Assembly: GCA_965612795.1 (NCBI GenBank)
Contig: CBFDTI010000002.1
Location: 1-60,912 of the forward strand
Reading direction: 5' to 3'
DNA: 60,912 nt
Origin: an uncultured bacterium
GTDB taxonomy: Bacteria; Hydrothermota; UBA3073; NMUJ01
Under the pieces are notes generated by a model. It was given only the letters and a program-made list of their open reading frames with translations. It was not told the DNA's origin and made no database searches. Shown piece after piece: positions 58,032-60,912 of this stretch. A program made the position numbers and the translations under genes. The first letter of the stretch is position 1, and each line of letters opens with the position of its first letter.

Positions 58032-58032
58032 T

Positions 58033-58106
58033 GGGCCTGTAGCTCAGTTGGTTAGAGCGTACGCCTGATAAGCGTAAGGTCGGTGGTTCGATTCCACCCA
58101 GGCCCA
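58033..58106 (+). tRNA. tRNA-Ile (anticodon GAT)
   Basis: 74-nt cloverleaf: acceptor GGGCCTG/CAGGCCC, anticodon loop CTGATAA, T loop TTCGATT. No encoded CCA. Confidence 0.95.
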
Positions 58107-58111
58107 ATTCT

Positions 58112-58184
58112 GGGGATGTAGCTCAGTTGGGAGAGCACAGGCTTTGCAAGCCTGGGGTCAGGGGTTCGAATCCCCTCATCTCCA
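58112..58184 (+). tRNA. tRNA-Ala (anticodon TGC)
   Basis: 73-nt cloverleaf with the G3:U70 identity pair, anticodon loop TTTGCAA, T loop TTCGAAT. No encoded CCA. Confidence 0.95.
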
Positions 58185-58196
58185 GAGAAGCCAAAA

Positions 58197-58211
58197 GATC
58201 TTTGAAATTCA
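58197..58211 (+). promoter_or_regulatory. Second boxA-like element (spacer, upstream of 23S)
   Basis: GATCTTTGAAATTCA. This is the same 19-nt repeat as in the 16S leader. Confidence 0.45.
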
Positions 58212-58218
58212 TATCGGA

Positions 58219-60912
<2,694 letters not shown>

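Overview
Chromosomal window with no integrase, transposase, phage genes or CRISPR array. I call 45 CDS, 3 tRNAs and one rRNA operon (16S, tRNA-Ile, tRNA-Ala, 23S cut by the window end). Genes are tightly packed, with many 1-4 nt stop/start overlaps and strong GGAGG ribosome-binding sites. The rRNA and tRNA genes look far more GC-rich than the coding DNA (judged by eye, not computed). This suggests a thermophile. Several proteins carry type IX secretion (T9SS) C-terminal sorting domains, pointing to an uncultivated FCB-related lineage that is probably not Bacteroidota proper. Housekeeping blocks: sfsA/EamA/HD; a minus-strand GH63-like/TPR/unknown/der operon; recN; a 12-gene minus-strand cluster def-rplM-rpsI-rpsB-tsf-pyrH plus envelope genes; murA; fadD-like/GT4/GH130. 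The most interesting region is an 18.7 kb, 11-gene plus-strand locus (9531-28201). It encodes a TonB-dependent-type barrel, four T9SS cargo proteins, two lipoproteins, an embedded PorV/PorQ-like barrel and two tandem GHL10 (DigH/YddW-like) enzymes. One GHL10 is surface-displayed; the other is fused to an AmiA-like (DUF1460) NlpC/P60 amidase domain. Two cytoplasmic sugar enzymes end the locus. I interpret it as a SusD-less, T9SS-coupled glycan utilisation locus, possibly aimed at peptidoglycan. That interpretation is inference from motifs only. All family assignments come from motif recognition by eye and need HMM or structure confirmation.
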